Origin: Octopus sinensis
Taxonomy: Eukaryota
Assembly (NCBI RefSeq): GCF_006345805.1
Contig: NC_043005.1
Location: 69,936,001-70,000,000, forward strand
Reading direction: 5' to 3'
Length of the DNA: 64,000 nt
Both the position numbers and the translations under genes were made by a program. The notes beneath the pieces are model-generated. The model was not told the origin of the DNA. It searched no databases and worked only from the letters and a program-made list of their open reading frames with translations. Position 1 is the first letter of the stretch. Each line of letters starts with the position of its first letter. Below are positions 12,928 through 27,861 of this stretch, in pieces.

Positions 12928-15136
12928 TCAGTGAATGCAGACAACATTGGGGTGTTCTTGGCAAACAAGGATATTACAATTCTTACATATAGTACAAGCC
13001 ATCCTGTCTTTTCGGGGGCCACAAAATGAACATTTCCCATTTTTTCTTTGGCTGAGGAATCTCAAACGAGCTTGAAGAAAGATCGTCTTCTTTTCGGCTT
13101 TGAGAAATGATAGCGGAACTCGAAGATTTTTTTTGATGTTCTTGTTTAGCATTAACTCCAGCAAGTCCCTTTTCTAACTGAATTAGTCACCATCTTTTTT
13201 TATTCTTGAAACTTTGCAAGTGAAACTGTTTTGTAACGTTGAAAACATTCACTGCACCTATATCAATCATGTTGTAGAATATAACCATGGGTCATCTTCA
13301 AGTCATTCGTTTGCAAGTATGTGTCCTTAGCATCTTATCTAGGTATCTACTTCTCCTTTTGTTTTGTTGTAACATGTAATAACTTCAGTTTTTTTTTCAT
13401 CACTATTTTAATCAAATGAAGGCTGAGGGTGCATAGTACTCATAAGTGTGACTTCCTAAATTTTTCCCTGGGACAATACGATAGGATCATAGAATCCTTT
13501 TAAAATCCAAATATTGCGCTGTTGATTTCTCTTTCTTTTCCATTTGTGAAAGCACTTGGAATTTCTACTCTGTTCTTTCTAATTGTTCGAACTAAAGTAG
13601 TTTTCTTGCTAAGCAGCTTTCGAGTCAATTCTGGAATTGCAAAAAAATTACCACAAGGTATATTGCGACCAGTATTTTCAAGTTCTTTTACTAGGTCTTC
13701 AACAACTCTTGAACCTTGATTTGTCTCTTTCGTTTTTACTGGGACTTTTCCAGTGTAGATTTGCATTTTCCAAGTATAAGACGTTTCACTGTCACATTTT
13801 ACCCAAATTTTAATTCCATATTAAACTGGTTTTGAAGGAATACGTACGCGGAATGGGCAGCGCCCTCTGAATAAAACTAGTTGTTCAAGTATCATGCATG
13901 AACTTGGAACATATCCATAATGAAAATTCTGATCCACATTTCAAAACCTTCTCTTATGGGCTCCAATTTATCATCACTTCGTTTTTTTTTCTTCTTCTTG
14001 CACTTGCATCCCCTAAACACAATACTTGTAAAATCTGTTGAAATCTTCCCCGGCTCATAATTTTGCCGAATATTGGTCATCTTCTTGACTGCATAATTGT
14101 GTGACATTTTCATGTTTAGATTTATAAACACCTATACGAATAATCACTTCAATAAATGTCTGTAGTTCCTAGTGAATAATTTCCTTCCATTTATCTTTGT
14201 AAACAACCGGATCTTCAAAATTTGTCCATTTATGAATTGTTTCAAGAATATTCTGGCGCATGAAGATAGTAAGACATGTTTCAATGCTATCACAAGACCT
14301 TTTAATAAAACAGGATGGTCCACATTCTTGGCGCACAATCTGGCATGGTAAGGTCTTACTGCTGCCTGAGTAAGAAGAGTACATTGCTAAACTTCTTGTC
14401 TTCTCTAGAACCATATTGCTCATTCATAATTGGGTGGTTTGAGTATCTTCATCATATGATGACACAGAATCTAAACTGTCCAGCACGCAATCACTTTCAT
14501 CATCATCCTCACAGCAATACAAGGAATCATTACTATCTTCTTCCCATTCTTCATATAATTCCAATAACCTATTTCAATATTTGGTCTTCACTCAAGTTTT
14601 CACGTCTAGGTATATTGGAAAGCACCACTGAACTATATGAAACTTAATAGTAGACTAATGGCAGATATTTCTCTCTCCTGAAGGCTGATGCAGTATATTG
14701 CAAGATTTGCTTCATCACATACAAATATTGCATCACCCTATTACCAAGCAGATTTAAGGTGATGTAATACCACACAAATTTACAGAAATATTTTCATAAT
14801 GCAGCAAATAAATTGAATACAGTTTTTATCTATTTTATATTTGATAAATATCTAGGAAAATAATAATTGATACTGATTTTATTCCGTTTAGAATGACAAC
14901 AGTATTGTCTGAATTTAATTCGAGGGTGCAATGAGCCCATACGGTAATTTATGTATAAAGTGAAATTTTCTAGCTTTTATAAACATACGGAAAATTTCCC
15001 ATTAGACTAATAAAAGAGAGCCAAGAAAAAATAAGTCACGAGAAATCAACTGAATCGAATAACATAAAGAGCAGGAAAACGCAACTGAAGAAAATAACAA
15101 TGGTTCCATTCGACCCATTAGTAGGCAGAAGGTTAA
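12928..15136 (-). mobile_element. piggyBac (PGBD4-like) transposon with pseudogenised transposase
   Basis: Minus strand: EQLVLFRGRCPFRVRIPSKPV*YGIKIWVKCDSETSYTWKMQIYTGK, TGRNIPCGNFF, YNKTKGEVD and C-terminal Cys-rich CSFC...CTICKNC...CQEH; 5' end TTAA|CCTTCTGCCTACTAATGGGTCG at 15136-15111. The other terminus was not found. Confidence 0.92.
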
Positions 15137-15831
15137 AAAAGAAATTATCTCGACAGTATAGAAAATTAGATTAAACCTCTTTTCTACAAAAGTAAAACAT
15201 TGAATAATATATTTAGTAATTTTTTTAATTCAATCAACCTTTGCAAACATATTGGCAACCAAATTAAAGTATTATAATTCGGTAGCTAATACACATGGGC
15301 AACGTGACATACAAATAAGAAAACAAGCGATATTAAACAACGTGGTAAAAAATGTAGCGTACTCCAGACATATCTCAACTTCCATGACGGGCACGATGTA
15401 TAAGATTAACCTCCTGCCTAATCTTTTGCGTTGCGAGTATATATATAGAATGGTTACTAGGCAATATTTAAACGCAGAAGCGATACCCTAATCGCAAGAC
15501 AGGTCTTTTTATTGAAACAAATTCCTTAGGATAGTGAAATAACCGGACAAGGGATTAGAGTCGTCGAATGAAGTGGAAGTTAGAGAATCGAGCGAAACAA
15601 GAATATCAGCGTGCACATTTTTTATTTGGAGTGTAATAGTTAAAGCCAGCACGTACCTATAATAATCTATTCGTGTTTAGGAAAGACAACAATGTATGTG
15701 TACATGAAGGAGAAGAATTAACTGAAAATGCTTTATGGAGCTTAGTGTTTTGTACTGGGACAACCATATGAACGAAAGTCAAAACGACGTTGATGACAGT
15801 GATATTGTTGACGGTGATAAATATCACCATA

Positions 15832-16042
15832 TTTGTTTTATTTCTGTAATAGCTTCGATCATTAGCCAGCGGCCATGCGAGAGCACCACTTTCAAGTGTT
15901 TTAGTCGAATAAATTGACTTCAGCAATTTTCTTTCAAAAGCCTAATACTTATACTAACATTATCTTTTTGCCGAATCGCTAAGTTACTGGGACACACACT
16001 ATCCAGGACCTGATATCAAGCCGTGGCAGAATGAGGCAAACA

Positions 16043-16089
<47 letters not shown>

Positions 16090-16290
16090 ACGCACACGCA
16101 CATACACACACACACAAACATACACACATTCATACATAAACACTGACACATATATATACATATGTACATACATATATACATACATGTACGAAAAGTTTCT
16201 TTCAGTTTCCGTTTACTATAGCCCGGAGCTATAGCAGAAGACACTCTCGTTATATATCGTACAGTGGTATTGAAACCGGAAATTATTTGG
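15832..16290 (-). mobile_element. Family A SINE with expanded internal (CA)n
   Basis: GCGGCCATGC.AGAGCACCAC...TTTTTGCCGAATCGCTAAGTTAC...TTCTTTCAGTTTCCGT...GCTATAGCAGAAGACAC. Confidence 0.75.
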
Positions 16291-16596
16291 CTGAGAGTCA
16301 AAATAATAACAATAATAGTTGTAATAACAACAGATGCCACATGAAATGTGTGTTATTGCATTTCGTCTGTAACAAATGCTAAGTAGAATACAGGAATTAT
16401 ACAGTATTTCAGAGGAAGAGCGAAATGAGTACGGACAGTTAGTGACAAGAACTTAACTGTAATGGACCAATGCAGTTCTTGAGATCTCGGGCTAACAGAT
16501 GATTAAGTGTGTGAGCGTAACATGCGTGTAAGTAGGTGTGCGTGTTCGTGTGTGTTTGTGTGTGTATGTGTTTATTATCTCTGATGTATGTATCTA

Positions 16597-16605
16597 TCAA
16601 TATAT

Positions 16606-16666
<61 letters not shown>

Positions 16667-16685
16667 TATATATAATATATATATA

Positions 16686-16736
<51 letters not shown>

Positions 16737-16769
16737 TATATGCATATACATATATATATATACATATAC

Positions 16770-16812
<43 letters not shown>

Positions 16813-16815
16813 CAT
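16597..16815. repeat. (AT)n/(GT)n microsatellite
   Basis: Seen directly. Confidence 0.95.
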
Positions 16816-16962
16816 GTTTATGTTTCTCTTTTTGTCTTCTGCAATTTCATTTTGGGATCTTCTATATATAATGAATAATTTTCCTTCGTCCTGCTATTTT
16901 TCTCTCTGCAAAATGGAAAGTTGCATTAAGGAACAGTCATTTTAACGATTTTTTTTTTCTCT

Positions 16963-17063
16963 ATCACCCGAAAAGATACGTCTGCACCACCGGATACTCC
17001 TGAACCAGTCTTTGTGTGTCCCACAATAGGAGTCGATTCTAGATGTGTCGAAACAATTGTGAT
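16963..17063 (+). ncRNA. Degenerate type I hammerhead-like motif (probably Penelope-derived)
   Basis: ATCAC-CCGAAAA(cf. CUGANGA)-GATACGTCTG...TAGATGTGTC (10-bp helix II with G-U)-GAAA-CAA-TT-GTGAT (helix I). Confidence 0.45.
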
Positions 17064-17130
17064 TAATAATATATTCTCGTATATTCCATCTTCTGTCTTT
17101 CATTAGTTATATATATATATATATATATAT

Positions 17131-17177
<47 letters not shown>

Positions 17178-18024
17178 TATATAGATAGATAGATAGATAC
17201 GTATATGTATATATATATATATATATATTCATTTATATATGCATACGCATGTATATTATATATAATTATCTATATCAACGCATCCCCCCCATATATATAT
17301 ATATATATGTATGTATGCATGTATGCATGTATGTATGTATAATAGGGTTGGTGTATCTGATATGCTGGTGTTTTTGTTGCTAATGACAATGAATTACATT
17401 TCATATCTATAAAATTCCATACCATTACAGTGAGAAAATTCCATTCTGATATATGATATCAGGAATATAAGCAGCCTTGGACAAACATTACCAATTCAGT
17501 TTAATAACTCACGTTACAGAAATGAATAACACATGGCTCCACTGTCATTTAATGGAGCGTATTATCATCTTATTTGATGAATGATATATTAGACTGGTAT
17601 ACAAGGTCACTGCAGTAAATACAGATAAATATATATGCTTTTAGCCCTCTTTTATTCAGTTTCAAATTAAATTTTCAGCAATACTGAACGATTTATATTT
17701 TTGCGTTTAATAAAATAACGCGGCAGTCATATCATATGTTTAATTAAATTTCAAATCAGGACGAAATGTTATACCTTTGCGAAAGAAAAACTTTCTGTGT
17801 CAAAACATCAGGCAAAAATACTTGCGACTAGTTATCTAAAAGCTTGTTGCGGTTGGCTTAGGCTTTTTATCATGCGCACCAACCGTGCAACTTAAACAAT
17901 AACTTCTAACCAAATATATATAATAGTGATATATCAAAGAAAAGTCCGTCTGGTTTGCACCGTATGTGTGTGTGGGTGTGTGTGTGTGCGTTCTTATGTC
18001 TGTATGTATATTGCTTTCAAATCT

Positions 18025-18445
18025 TGGCACAAGGCCAGCAATTTTGGAGAGCGGATAAATTGATTATATCAACCCCGGTGTTTCACCGGTATATATCTTA
18101 TTGACCCCCACGAAGGGATGGAAAAATAGTCGACGAAAAGTGAAATTTGAACACATAATGCAGAAAGGAACGAAATGCTGCTAAGCATTTCACCCGACAT
18201 GCTAACGATTCTTATTTCTTTACTATCCATAAGGGGCTACACACAGAGCGGACAAACAAGGACAGACAATGGGATTAAGTCAATTATATCGACCCCAGTG
18301 CGTAACTGGTACTTATTTAATTGACCCCGAAAGGATGAAAGGTGAAGTCGACCTCGGCGGAATTTGAACTCAGAACGGAACGGCAGACGAAATACCGCTA
18401 CGCCTTTCGCCCGGCGTGCTAACGATTCTACCAACTCGTGGCCTA
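18025..18445 (-). mobile_element. Two tandem family B SINEs (older 18025-18211, younger 18212-18445)
   Basis: Two copies of CCCCGAAAGGATGAAA...GTCGAC...GAATTTGAAC...GCTAACGATTCT. Confidence 0.85.
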
Positions 18446-19574
18446 CATGGTTTTTAAACTGAAGTAAATAAAAGTGACAGTTCTAAAGGGCCATCATTTT
18501 ATTATATTTATGGACTAGGATGGACAGAGAGCTGTCAATAGTAGCGGTTACAATGCATTACTGGGACGTGCTTTTCTACAGTTTCATTCATATAGCGCAG
18601 CGGTAAATTTAGTTTTGAAGTTCCACGTAATTAGAAGTCATGAACATAAAAGAATACATACTCAAAATAGATGTTGCATTTTCTGTTGTAGGAATTATAT
18701 TAGTTGACGATTCCTGATTTGCCATGAATAATAGTTTTCCGATATTTCATAGATACTGCCATCATTCTCTAATTGAACTTTGTATGACCTACTTTGTACC
18801 ATTTAATATATTATTTAGTGTATTGATTTATTACCCTCGCATACATCCACTAATTCATAGATAATAAACACACTTATTGTATTTATTTTATCGATTTTAG
18901 AAGGATGAAAGGTTTACTTAAGTCTAGCACTTTTTTTTTACATATGAACACAGAGGGAACGATACTAATTGCTTAAAGTAGATAGTTCACAGCTCTAGTA
19001 TATCTGTCAACACCCCGTCCATGTCAAAAAATGTTGCAGCAATTACTTACGATAATGTAGATAGGATAATGATTATAATGTATAAATTATAAGTGAGTGC
19101 CTTATTTTGCTAAAACGTTTTCCGTTTTCTGTTCTAATATTCCTTCAACAAAATTTAGTCCTCCAGGAACAAGTGTTATTCTTTTGTTATTTCAAGCAAT
19201 ATGGAATACGGTTATAATACTGCCTTCAATTGTAATTTGCATTGACCCCCATGAATACCTTATAAACTTCAAACTAAAAATGGATTTGAGGTGGCCATTG
19301 AAATTAGATTATAATCGAAATAATAAATGCCATAGGGTTTTGTATCTAATGCTTTATGCATCTGGCAATCGGAAGCGATTGATTCAGTAGTGTAAATAAT
19401 GTCGCTACCAAAATTGCTATATGTCATAATAAGAATTCGTAACTGAATTATTTATTACATAAACATATTAATTAATCTCATATGAGAAATTAATTCAATA
19501 CAAGGACTAAATACAGCAGGCAGATTTCATCCTCCGTAAGTACAATGATTTATATGCATTAACACATGAGTTTT

Positions 19575-19747
19575 ATAACTGTTTACTCAACCTTCTAGAA
19601 ATATCTACTTAAAGTAGACACGAGCATTCCAAGAAGAAGGGATATATAGGATAATGTCATTTGCATGACATTTGGCGTGGTCATGTTTGAAACGCCGTTG
19701 ATGGTAGACAGGTTCAATCAGTGATGAGCCTGAATAAATAACAAGGA
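19575..19747 (+). repeat. Degenerate interspersed repeat (cephalopod SINE/LINE 3'-tail-like)
   Basis: CTAGAAATA...GGATAATGT...GGTCATGTTTGAAACGCC...CTGAATAAATAACAA resembles a common octopus repeat tail (from recall); weaker copy near 5080-5150. Confidence 0.35.
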
Positions 19748-20014
19748 CTATGGATATTAATTGAATACTTTTCATACAAAAATGTGATTGAAAATCTTCA
19801 TTTAAACATTGCTAGATGATTGACTATGCAGTTAGTAATTAAATTTATCACCCAAGTCCTTTTCCTTTCATTCGGTGGCCAAAGCACCACATTACATATA
19901 TATCATCCCAGTTACTTGTAATAGGATTCTGGTAGTCATAGATATCCTGAAGACCGTTATTCCTTCCTACCTACTTACCTACCTACATACATGCATACAT
20001 ACACACAAATATAT

Positions 20015-20080
<66 letters not shown>

Positions 20081-20081
<1 letters not shown>

Positions 20082-20245
20082 GACGGGCTTCTTTCAGTTT
20101 CCGTCTACAAAATCCACTCACAAGGTTTTGGCCGGCCCGAGGCTATAGTAGAAGACACTTGCCAAAAGTGCCACTTAGCGGAACTGAACCTGGAACCATG
20201 TGGTTCCTAAGCAAGCTAATTACCACACAGCCACTCCTACGCCTA
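20081..20245 (-). mobile_element. Family A SINE 5' part (tRNA head)
   Basis: Minus strand GGCGTAGGAGTGGCTGTGTGGTAATTAGCTTGC...GGTTCAGTTCC carries A and B boxes. Confidence 0.85.
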
Positions 20246-20874
20246 CGTACAGTTAATTCATACTTTATAATATTTCTAAATCTCTCGTTTCTTACACAAA
20301 ATAACGTTCATAATTTCTTTTTCTTGATTTTGGTAACCACTTCATCTGTATTAAAATTCGTCAGCGCAGCATAGCTCGATACACAAATAAGGCTAAATTC
20401 AACATTATAAAAGGTTTAATAATAAATTAGATAAGATAGAAGATAAAACATAATTCATAGTTACAAAAACATTTTTCATATTTTTCTCTCCTTAACTGTT
20501 TAGTAGCAAAGAGAAACTGGTGAAAATTCATAAATGACGATAAAATATTTCCAGGGCAATACTGTCTTGCAAACATTTCTTTATGTAGCCACAATTCATG
20601 TTTCTGCTGTGAACAAATTTCATGGGACCGTTTGAATATATTCTTCTCCGCTTAAGGTAAAGAATTCTAGCTTATATTTTTTGTTATGTTATCCATTGTG
20701 ATGAGTAAGAAATTATATTTTTCATGTTTATCTTGCCTAGGCTTTTCCTGCCTATTTCTGCAGATCATCTTAGACATATAGCAGAAAATTAAAAGGGATA
20801 GATTCTTTTCTTGGGTAGATAAATTTGAAGTTGTGTGTTTATTTTTTTAAATATCTCTCTCTCACTCTCTCTCC

Positions 20875-20947
<73 letters not shown>

Positions 20948-21075
20948 ATATACATATATACATATACATACATATATATATACATACATATACATATATA
21001 TGTATGTATATATATATGTATATATATACGTATTTAGATATATATATATATACCTATTTAGATACATACATATAA

Positions 21076-21107
<32 letters not shown>

Positions 21108-21299
21108 GAGGAGATAAATAGATAGATAAATAGATAAATAGACTGATAGACAAAATGATACAAAGATGAATGGATACACACATAAATTGAAATGTTTATG
21201 CATATAAAAATGGTAGAGATTTACAAATAAAGGCAGATATCTTGTAAGCACACTGTAGGTCTCTTAATTTGACCAAGTGTGTCATTGAAGACATGTCCA

Positions 21300-23000
21300 T
21301 GAAATGCGAATAGAATTTAAATCGGTAGTTGTACTTCTAGTCAGATTAGTAAATCCAAAGTTCGCATAGGAGAAATTCGAACAATTCCAAAATATATAAA
21401 ATGCCATTCAACCGAATGAAGAATAACACATTTTATGTACAGGATTACACCATACAAAAGCTGAGATGCATTTCTATTATATAAGCATCCATGGCTATAA
21501 TAAATCAATGGAACAACAGAGAAACCTGTTCTTATTAAATCCACTTTAATATCAGATATATCTAAACATTTATGCTAACGTAACTTTCTCAAGGCAACCC
21601 TCTCGCGTAGCGATCAAAAGAGAACTGACATTTTAACATCAATAGAGGGAACCAAATAAAACAAGAAGAGCGATGGCAGTGAGATAGAAAACCAAGATGA
21701 AATATTATTTGTTAAGAAAGATCACTTCAGTGGGTATTGAAGAAATAAATAAAACAAAGGGTTACTAAGTAAATCTAGATATCTAGATTTTTCGGTCATC
21801 AATAAATGAAAATTAAAAGATCACTGATTACAGATAAAGTGCCACAGACTAATGCTTATGAATTTTATATAGAAGTATATGATGATATAGGAAAGTAACT
21901 TGGGTATATCACATTGCAAGTAAAATGACATGCTCCCAATGAAAAAATACTAATGAATTCACTTTCAATATTAAGAAGGCTAAGATCTGTTGTTGGCATT
22001 CAGGAAGAAATATTGAAGGACGATAAAGTAAAGAGACAAATCGAAGATGTGCAAGTAAAGTATCAGAATATTACTTTAATAGTAGAATATAAAAAAAACC
22101 CACTAGGGTAAAATGAGGGGGTGCAATTTATTAGAAATGCAAAAAAATTAAGATTACAGACGCATTTCCTTTATTTAAAGGATAAATGCAGTTTGCTAGA
22201 GAAATATTTTAAGGTTATTTTTGTCCATACGTAAGGGAGCAAATCATCGTTACGTTGAGTTTAGAATTTACTAAAATTAATTTTGATGTATTTTAAACGT
22301 TCTCATGACAAAGCTCACATTTAAAATTACTGGTGGAGCATTACTGACAAGGACTCAATATTGTAATTTTATATCCTTGTCTTTAAATTCTCCTCACATT
22401 GCCTTAGTTTAGTACAATTAATTTCTCCTGAGTTTAAATGGGGAATGACGATTATATAACATTGATATGAAGTCTGTGGTACCTGATCATAAATCGAATA
22501 AAACCTAAGGTCTATAGGTAACAATTCTAGCCTGCTTAAAAATAACCTTCTCTATAATTAGAAATATCTCTCTCCGTATCTCAAGAGTCGCTGATAAAAT
22601 AGTAAAAATAGTACTTGCTATATCCCTAATCTTAACATTAATAAAATATACTGTAAGGATGTGAAAATGTATCTAATTAGCTTGGAACTGCAGGAATAAA
22701 AGCTTAAACTTTGGAATATACAACCATATAAGTCTTGAGGAAACAGATCCTATCTTTGATATTGAGATATAATATTAACTGCAATATAACTAATACATAA
22801 GTATACCGGCATAAATTCGAGTGGAAAGCAGCAAGTGGTAGAGTGAAACGTAACAATAGGATACTATCGACTTATATAACAAAAAGGGAGTATTAATTCT
22901 GAGCATCGCAAAGATATGGTCGACATTAGTGCTAATAAAAATAATCATGAGTGCTTAAAGATAAATAAAAATGATCATAGTGATTCTCACAAGTGCACCA
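21300..23000 (+). pseudogene. Heavily decayed RLE-type (Dong/R4-like) LINE reverse transcriptase
   Basis: Ordered remnants: YIEVYDDI (~21866, cf. DYKKAYDS), LYNIDMKS (~22452, cf. LYMDDMKL), LNINKIYCKDVKM (~22631, cf. LNIVKIFSKDIKM). Many stops; boundaries approximate. Confidence 0.4.
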
Positions 23001-24148
23001 GTAAATGCTTGCAAAAAGAATTATGAATATGTTAGTAATTATGGGAATGGTAATATTAAGATTAACATCAACGTGGCTAAAATAAGGGCAAAATCAAAGC
23101 ATAATATCTGGGATAAGTAAACTCATATCTCAAATACCTACAAATATTTCTGAAAATTTTTTCGCAGCACTTCATAGTTAATTCCCATCATATCGTTAAT
23201 ATGGAATAGTATTTAATCGTCATACAATTAAATGTACATATTCATGCAACAGGATTTTGAGCGAAATTATTGTATCACATGAAAAAAATGAGACAGTACG
23301 GCAACTTGAATTTAGTAAATCATAATACGAATGTTAAGGTGAATTGTGCGAATAGCTATATTGACAATTACCTTGAAGTCAGTAGTATTCATGGAGATGG
23401 TAATGATAATACAGTTAACAACAGCAAAGCAATAACAGGGTCGACGACGACGACAACGACAAGGGCGCGGGCGACGACGACGATGATAATGATGACGACT
23501 ATGTTAAGGATGTTAAAAATAATAGTATTATAAAATTTAGGCATTCACTGCTAGTCTAGGGAACGAAATAAAAATAATTTTGACACTTCAAAATTCAAAT
23601 GTATCGACTTGCATCGGAGAAATTCTGAATGCTCTCGTATATCAACTAATAACATTGATAATAACCCAGGTAATAATCTGGTTTTAACGTTTAGCTCTAA
23701 TAATTGGTTAGCACCATTCTTAATCGTAATTACAACAAAGGCAGTAATAAACGCCTTTAATATTATAGAATCTAACTAAAAATCCGGTAACAGCTGGAGA
23801 TACTGTGCCACGGATTTTAAATATATTCATATCGTCATCTTTGTTTAAATTAAGGAGAAATATTAAACGTACTAATTTAGTGAATCCATCTGGAATTTGA
23901 AAAACCAGAATATTAATTATAATAATGATATATGAAACTAATAGGCGAATGAATAATTTGTTTAAAGAAATTATGTTTCGATGCCAGATTACGATGGTAA
24001 TCTAATATATATAAATGCCTTAACTGTTACAAGTTCCATGGGATACCTGTATTATATAAATTCTATGATGAGAGATTCATTACCTTCCAGCCTTGAGATG
24101 ATATTCCAAATCCCCTCAATATCTTGTTAGTAATCCCCATATATATAT

Positions 24149-25030
24149 ATAAGGGTAGGACGAAATAATAGAAACATCTTAAAATGTGTAACAGATATAT
24201 TTTAATATGGGGTAGGAATGCTTTTTGCAGTAATTACAGCTTGAATTCTGCAGTGTATGGACTCGTGTACAAACCTTGAATTGTTTCAAAAGGAATTTTT
24301 GTCCATTCTCCATCTAAAACAATCTTCAGTTCTTGTAATGATGATGATGGAGTATATCGAATTCTTGTTTTTCAAAAAAGTTACCATACATGTTCTATAA
24401 TATCGAGATCCTGGGAATGTGGTGGTCAGATAAGATGTTCAACTTCACTAGAATGCTCCTCGTGCTATTCATTAAAAATTTATCTATGCGAATTGGTGCA
24501 ATATCATCCTCAAATACTGCATTACCCTCCGGAAACAGTTCTGCAACCATAGGATGAATTTGATCGGATAACATGCTAAAATAGCCTTGATAGGTAATCC
24601 TGCCAGGATGGAAACCATTGAGCCAGCGGATTTCCAATATATTGCTCCTCAGGTCATCACAAATCGTCCTCCATGAATAACAGTTGGAAGAAGGCAGTCT
24701 GGGTCAGATGATGCTTTTGGCACGTATACTCAGCCGATGGTTGGAAATAAGGTAACGGATGACTCGAATCAGAAAATAATATTCTTTCAGTGCTCCAGGG
24801 ACCAATTCTGTAGCTTTTTACTGTATCTAAACGCTTTGCAACGTTTGTTTTGGAAAATAGTGGATTTCTGATCGCAGACTTCCAGTGAAATACGTCTTAG
24901 TGCAGTTCCTGGCGAACATATTTTGTGGAAATTGGGTTCCCGAGGTGTCATTAAGCTCTGTAGTAATTTTGTGATCCTTTCTAGCAATTCGGATAAGAGT
25001 CCGACGACCCCTATGTGATGACCAGCAATG
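24149..25030 (-). mobile_element. Tc1-like (DD34E-type) transposon, decayed
   Basis: Minus strand RGRRTLIRIARKDHK (HTH), IFSD..SSVTLFPTIG*VYV, FPEGNAVFEDDIAPI, PPHSQDLDIIE; terminus after a TA run, AGGGTAGGACGAAATAATAGAAAC, at ~24151. Confidence 0.85.
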
Positions 25031-25816
25031 CAACATGTAAGGCAGTATATAATAGTTTTGTGAATGTATTGTGCATTGTGTAGCAGATAATAGGACACAA
25101 TTTTCTACTGTGTTCCCACCAAACAACAAATGTTAGTAAAGTGCCCATGTAGGAAAAAAGTAAATTCCATACGGCGGAGGGTCGTACCCAAAGCATGGAT
25201 GTCGAAGTAGTTAAAAATGATGCATGGGTTCAATTTCATGACACTCTCTTGAGATGTTTTTGTTGGTAAGGTTCTTCCATGATATATGTGATTTAAGGTC
25301 TTATCATACCTGAACACGGCAGTGGTAGAGAGTGTGAGGAGATAAATATTAGTAAAAAATATATTCCATGATAATGTGCTGTTGTATTGCCGTACAAAAT
25401 AGAGATGTTTATTTGCATCATGTAAATGGTGTCATATTTTGTTTGGTGAAACGTATAATTGCAACAAACACACTACATCTTATCTCACGTCTTGGAAATT
25501 CCAGTAATATATTCAGCAGGTGATCTATCACCCACGATTTTCGAAACAAAACAGTGTTGCATTGCTCTAAATTCTTATTTGAATAGCTACATACTTTCGT
25601 TGTAGTATTATTTTTCGTGTGACGTCAAAGAATAAGTTAACGAAATCTTCAAACAAAATAGCATAGACATATTAGACCCATATAGATACCGTGACTGGGA
25701 TAACTAGATGGAGATAGACGTAAGGATAATTTCGAAAGTAATATAACACAAATCTAATGGCTCAGTCTGAAAATATCTTTAGGTTTATCTAATAATAGAA
25801 AAATATATAGAATCTC

Positions 25817-25985
<169 letters not shown>

Positions 25986-26484
25986 ATACATGCATACAAT
26001 GAAAACAGGGAAAGTGAGAATTGGAAAAAAAGAAATATATCAATAACATTATAAATATATCTGACTAGATTATTCTTTTCAGTACTTTCTTCTCATTATC
26101 TCTCTAGTCGATAATTAGTATCGAATTCCTTATCAGTAACAGCAACAATCTCCTTCACATCTCGTTGCTTTCTCTATTACAAATCCCCTATTTCATACAT
26201 TTATCATCGTCTCGTCAACAGCATCTCCATCAAAACACTGAACACTCAACCATCGTAGTGGTGGCAGCAACGATCAGGTTCCAACTCTTACTCTCATTAC
26301 ACTTATATCCGCTCCTTCCACCCCTCGCCCTCTTTATTCTCATCATCGACATCGTCATCAGTAACTTCCTCGTCGTCAGCACAAACAACACTCCTTCTAC
26401 CATCCACTTGCTCATCAACCACCTTCACCGGTACCATCAGCAACGCTATAACCATCACACATCTTCCACCATCATGGGCCCACC

Positions 26485-26518
<34 letters not shown>

Positions 26519-27254
26519 TCATGGCCGACATCATTATCAATTTTACACTATTTATTAGTTTAACACCAACTTACTATCTTGCAGTATATTTCAACTAATT
26601 AAATTTCTCTCGAGAGATTTCTGCAGCAAAGAAAATGCCTTTCTTTTTTACTGCTTTCTCGATATGTATTTATATGATTGGAAACAGGAAAGGCATACAT
26701 ATACAAACATTGAAACGCACACACACACACACACACACGCACACACACACACGCACACACACACACGCACGCACACGCACACAAACACACACGTACACAC
26801 TCTATCACACATTCACAACTATATATATATAACTTGAAAATATCCAAATCTTTTACTCGTGACCGTTCGGCCGTTCATCAAACAATTGAGGTAATATACA
26901 TACATACACATACATTGTATATATATATGTGTGTGTGGGTGTGTGTGTGTGCGTGTTCACGTGTGTGCGTGTTCGCGTGTGCGTGTTCGCGTGTGCATGT
27001 TCGCGTGTGCATGTTCGCGTGTGCGTGTATGCGTATGTATATATATATATATATATATTTTTTTTTCTATGGATGTATTTTCTTGTGACTTCAAGATGTC
27101 GATGATGTAGATATATATCATTAGTATGACATTGTAGAGTATGCGTGAAATATCGGTTGTAGCTAGTGTGAACATAAAAGGAACAGAATATTGCGGCTGG
27201 ATATGGCCGGTTTACATGCTAAAGAGTTAAAAATCGATGTGGTAGGCATAACAC

Positions 27255-27585
27255 TGGACGTATAGCAAAAGTCTCAGAGAAGGCCAGCAGAATATTAGAG
27301 ATTACTTTCTCTGTACGACATCGGAATATAGCAGCAAAATTGAAAGCTGAACTAAACCACTACCTTGCGAAAACTGTCAAGGTTTACTTCTCGTCTTGAG
27401 CTTCTAAAACCCTGAACAATATGGGAAATATGTTACTACTGAACTTCACACTTCGCACAACAGTGGGAAAGGATCACTAGCCTGCTACAAGTAGCTTGTG
27501 TGAAAATGGAGCAATATAAGTTTTTCACACATTTCCCAACGTAAAGGACGCATTTAACTGGAAACAGCCCAAAGAAGCAGTCAAA
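27255..27585 (+). mobile_element. Tc1-like transposase N-terminal fragment
   Basis: KVSEKASRILEITFSVRHRNIAAKLKAELNHYLAKTV parallels the HTH region of the 24.1-25.0 kb element. Confidence 0.55.
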
Positions 27586-27643
27586 GTGTCCCAGGAAATA
27601 ATCCCGGTTTCCCGGGATAGTAAAACTTATTTAGTAGAAAATA

Positions 27644-27861
27644 CTCTCTTCTACTCTAGGCACACGGCCCGAAATTTTTTGGGAGGTAGGTCTAGTCGAT
27701 TAGATTGACCCCTGTACGCAACTGGTATTTAATTTGTTGACCCCGAAAGGATGAAAAGGCAAGTCGAACTCGGCGGAATTTCAACTAAGAACGCAAAGAC
27801 AGACGAAACACCGCTCGGCATTACGCTTGGCGTGTTAACTTTCCTGTCAGCTCGCCACCTA
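27644..27861 (-). mobile_element. Family B SINE with 15-bp target-site duplication
   Basis: SINE body flanked by ATTTAGTAGAAAATA at 27629-27643 and 27862-27876. Confidence 0.9.

Noticed and set aside
19097-19390. 97-aa non-repetitive ORF
   Set aside because: GTG start, no motif, and no gene context in a eukaryotic sequence.
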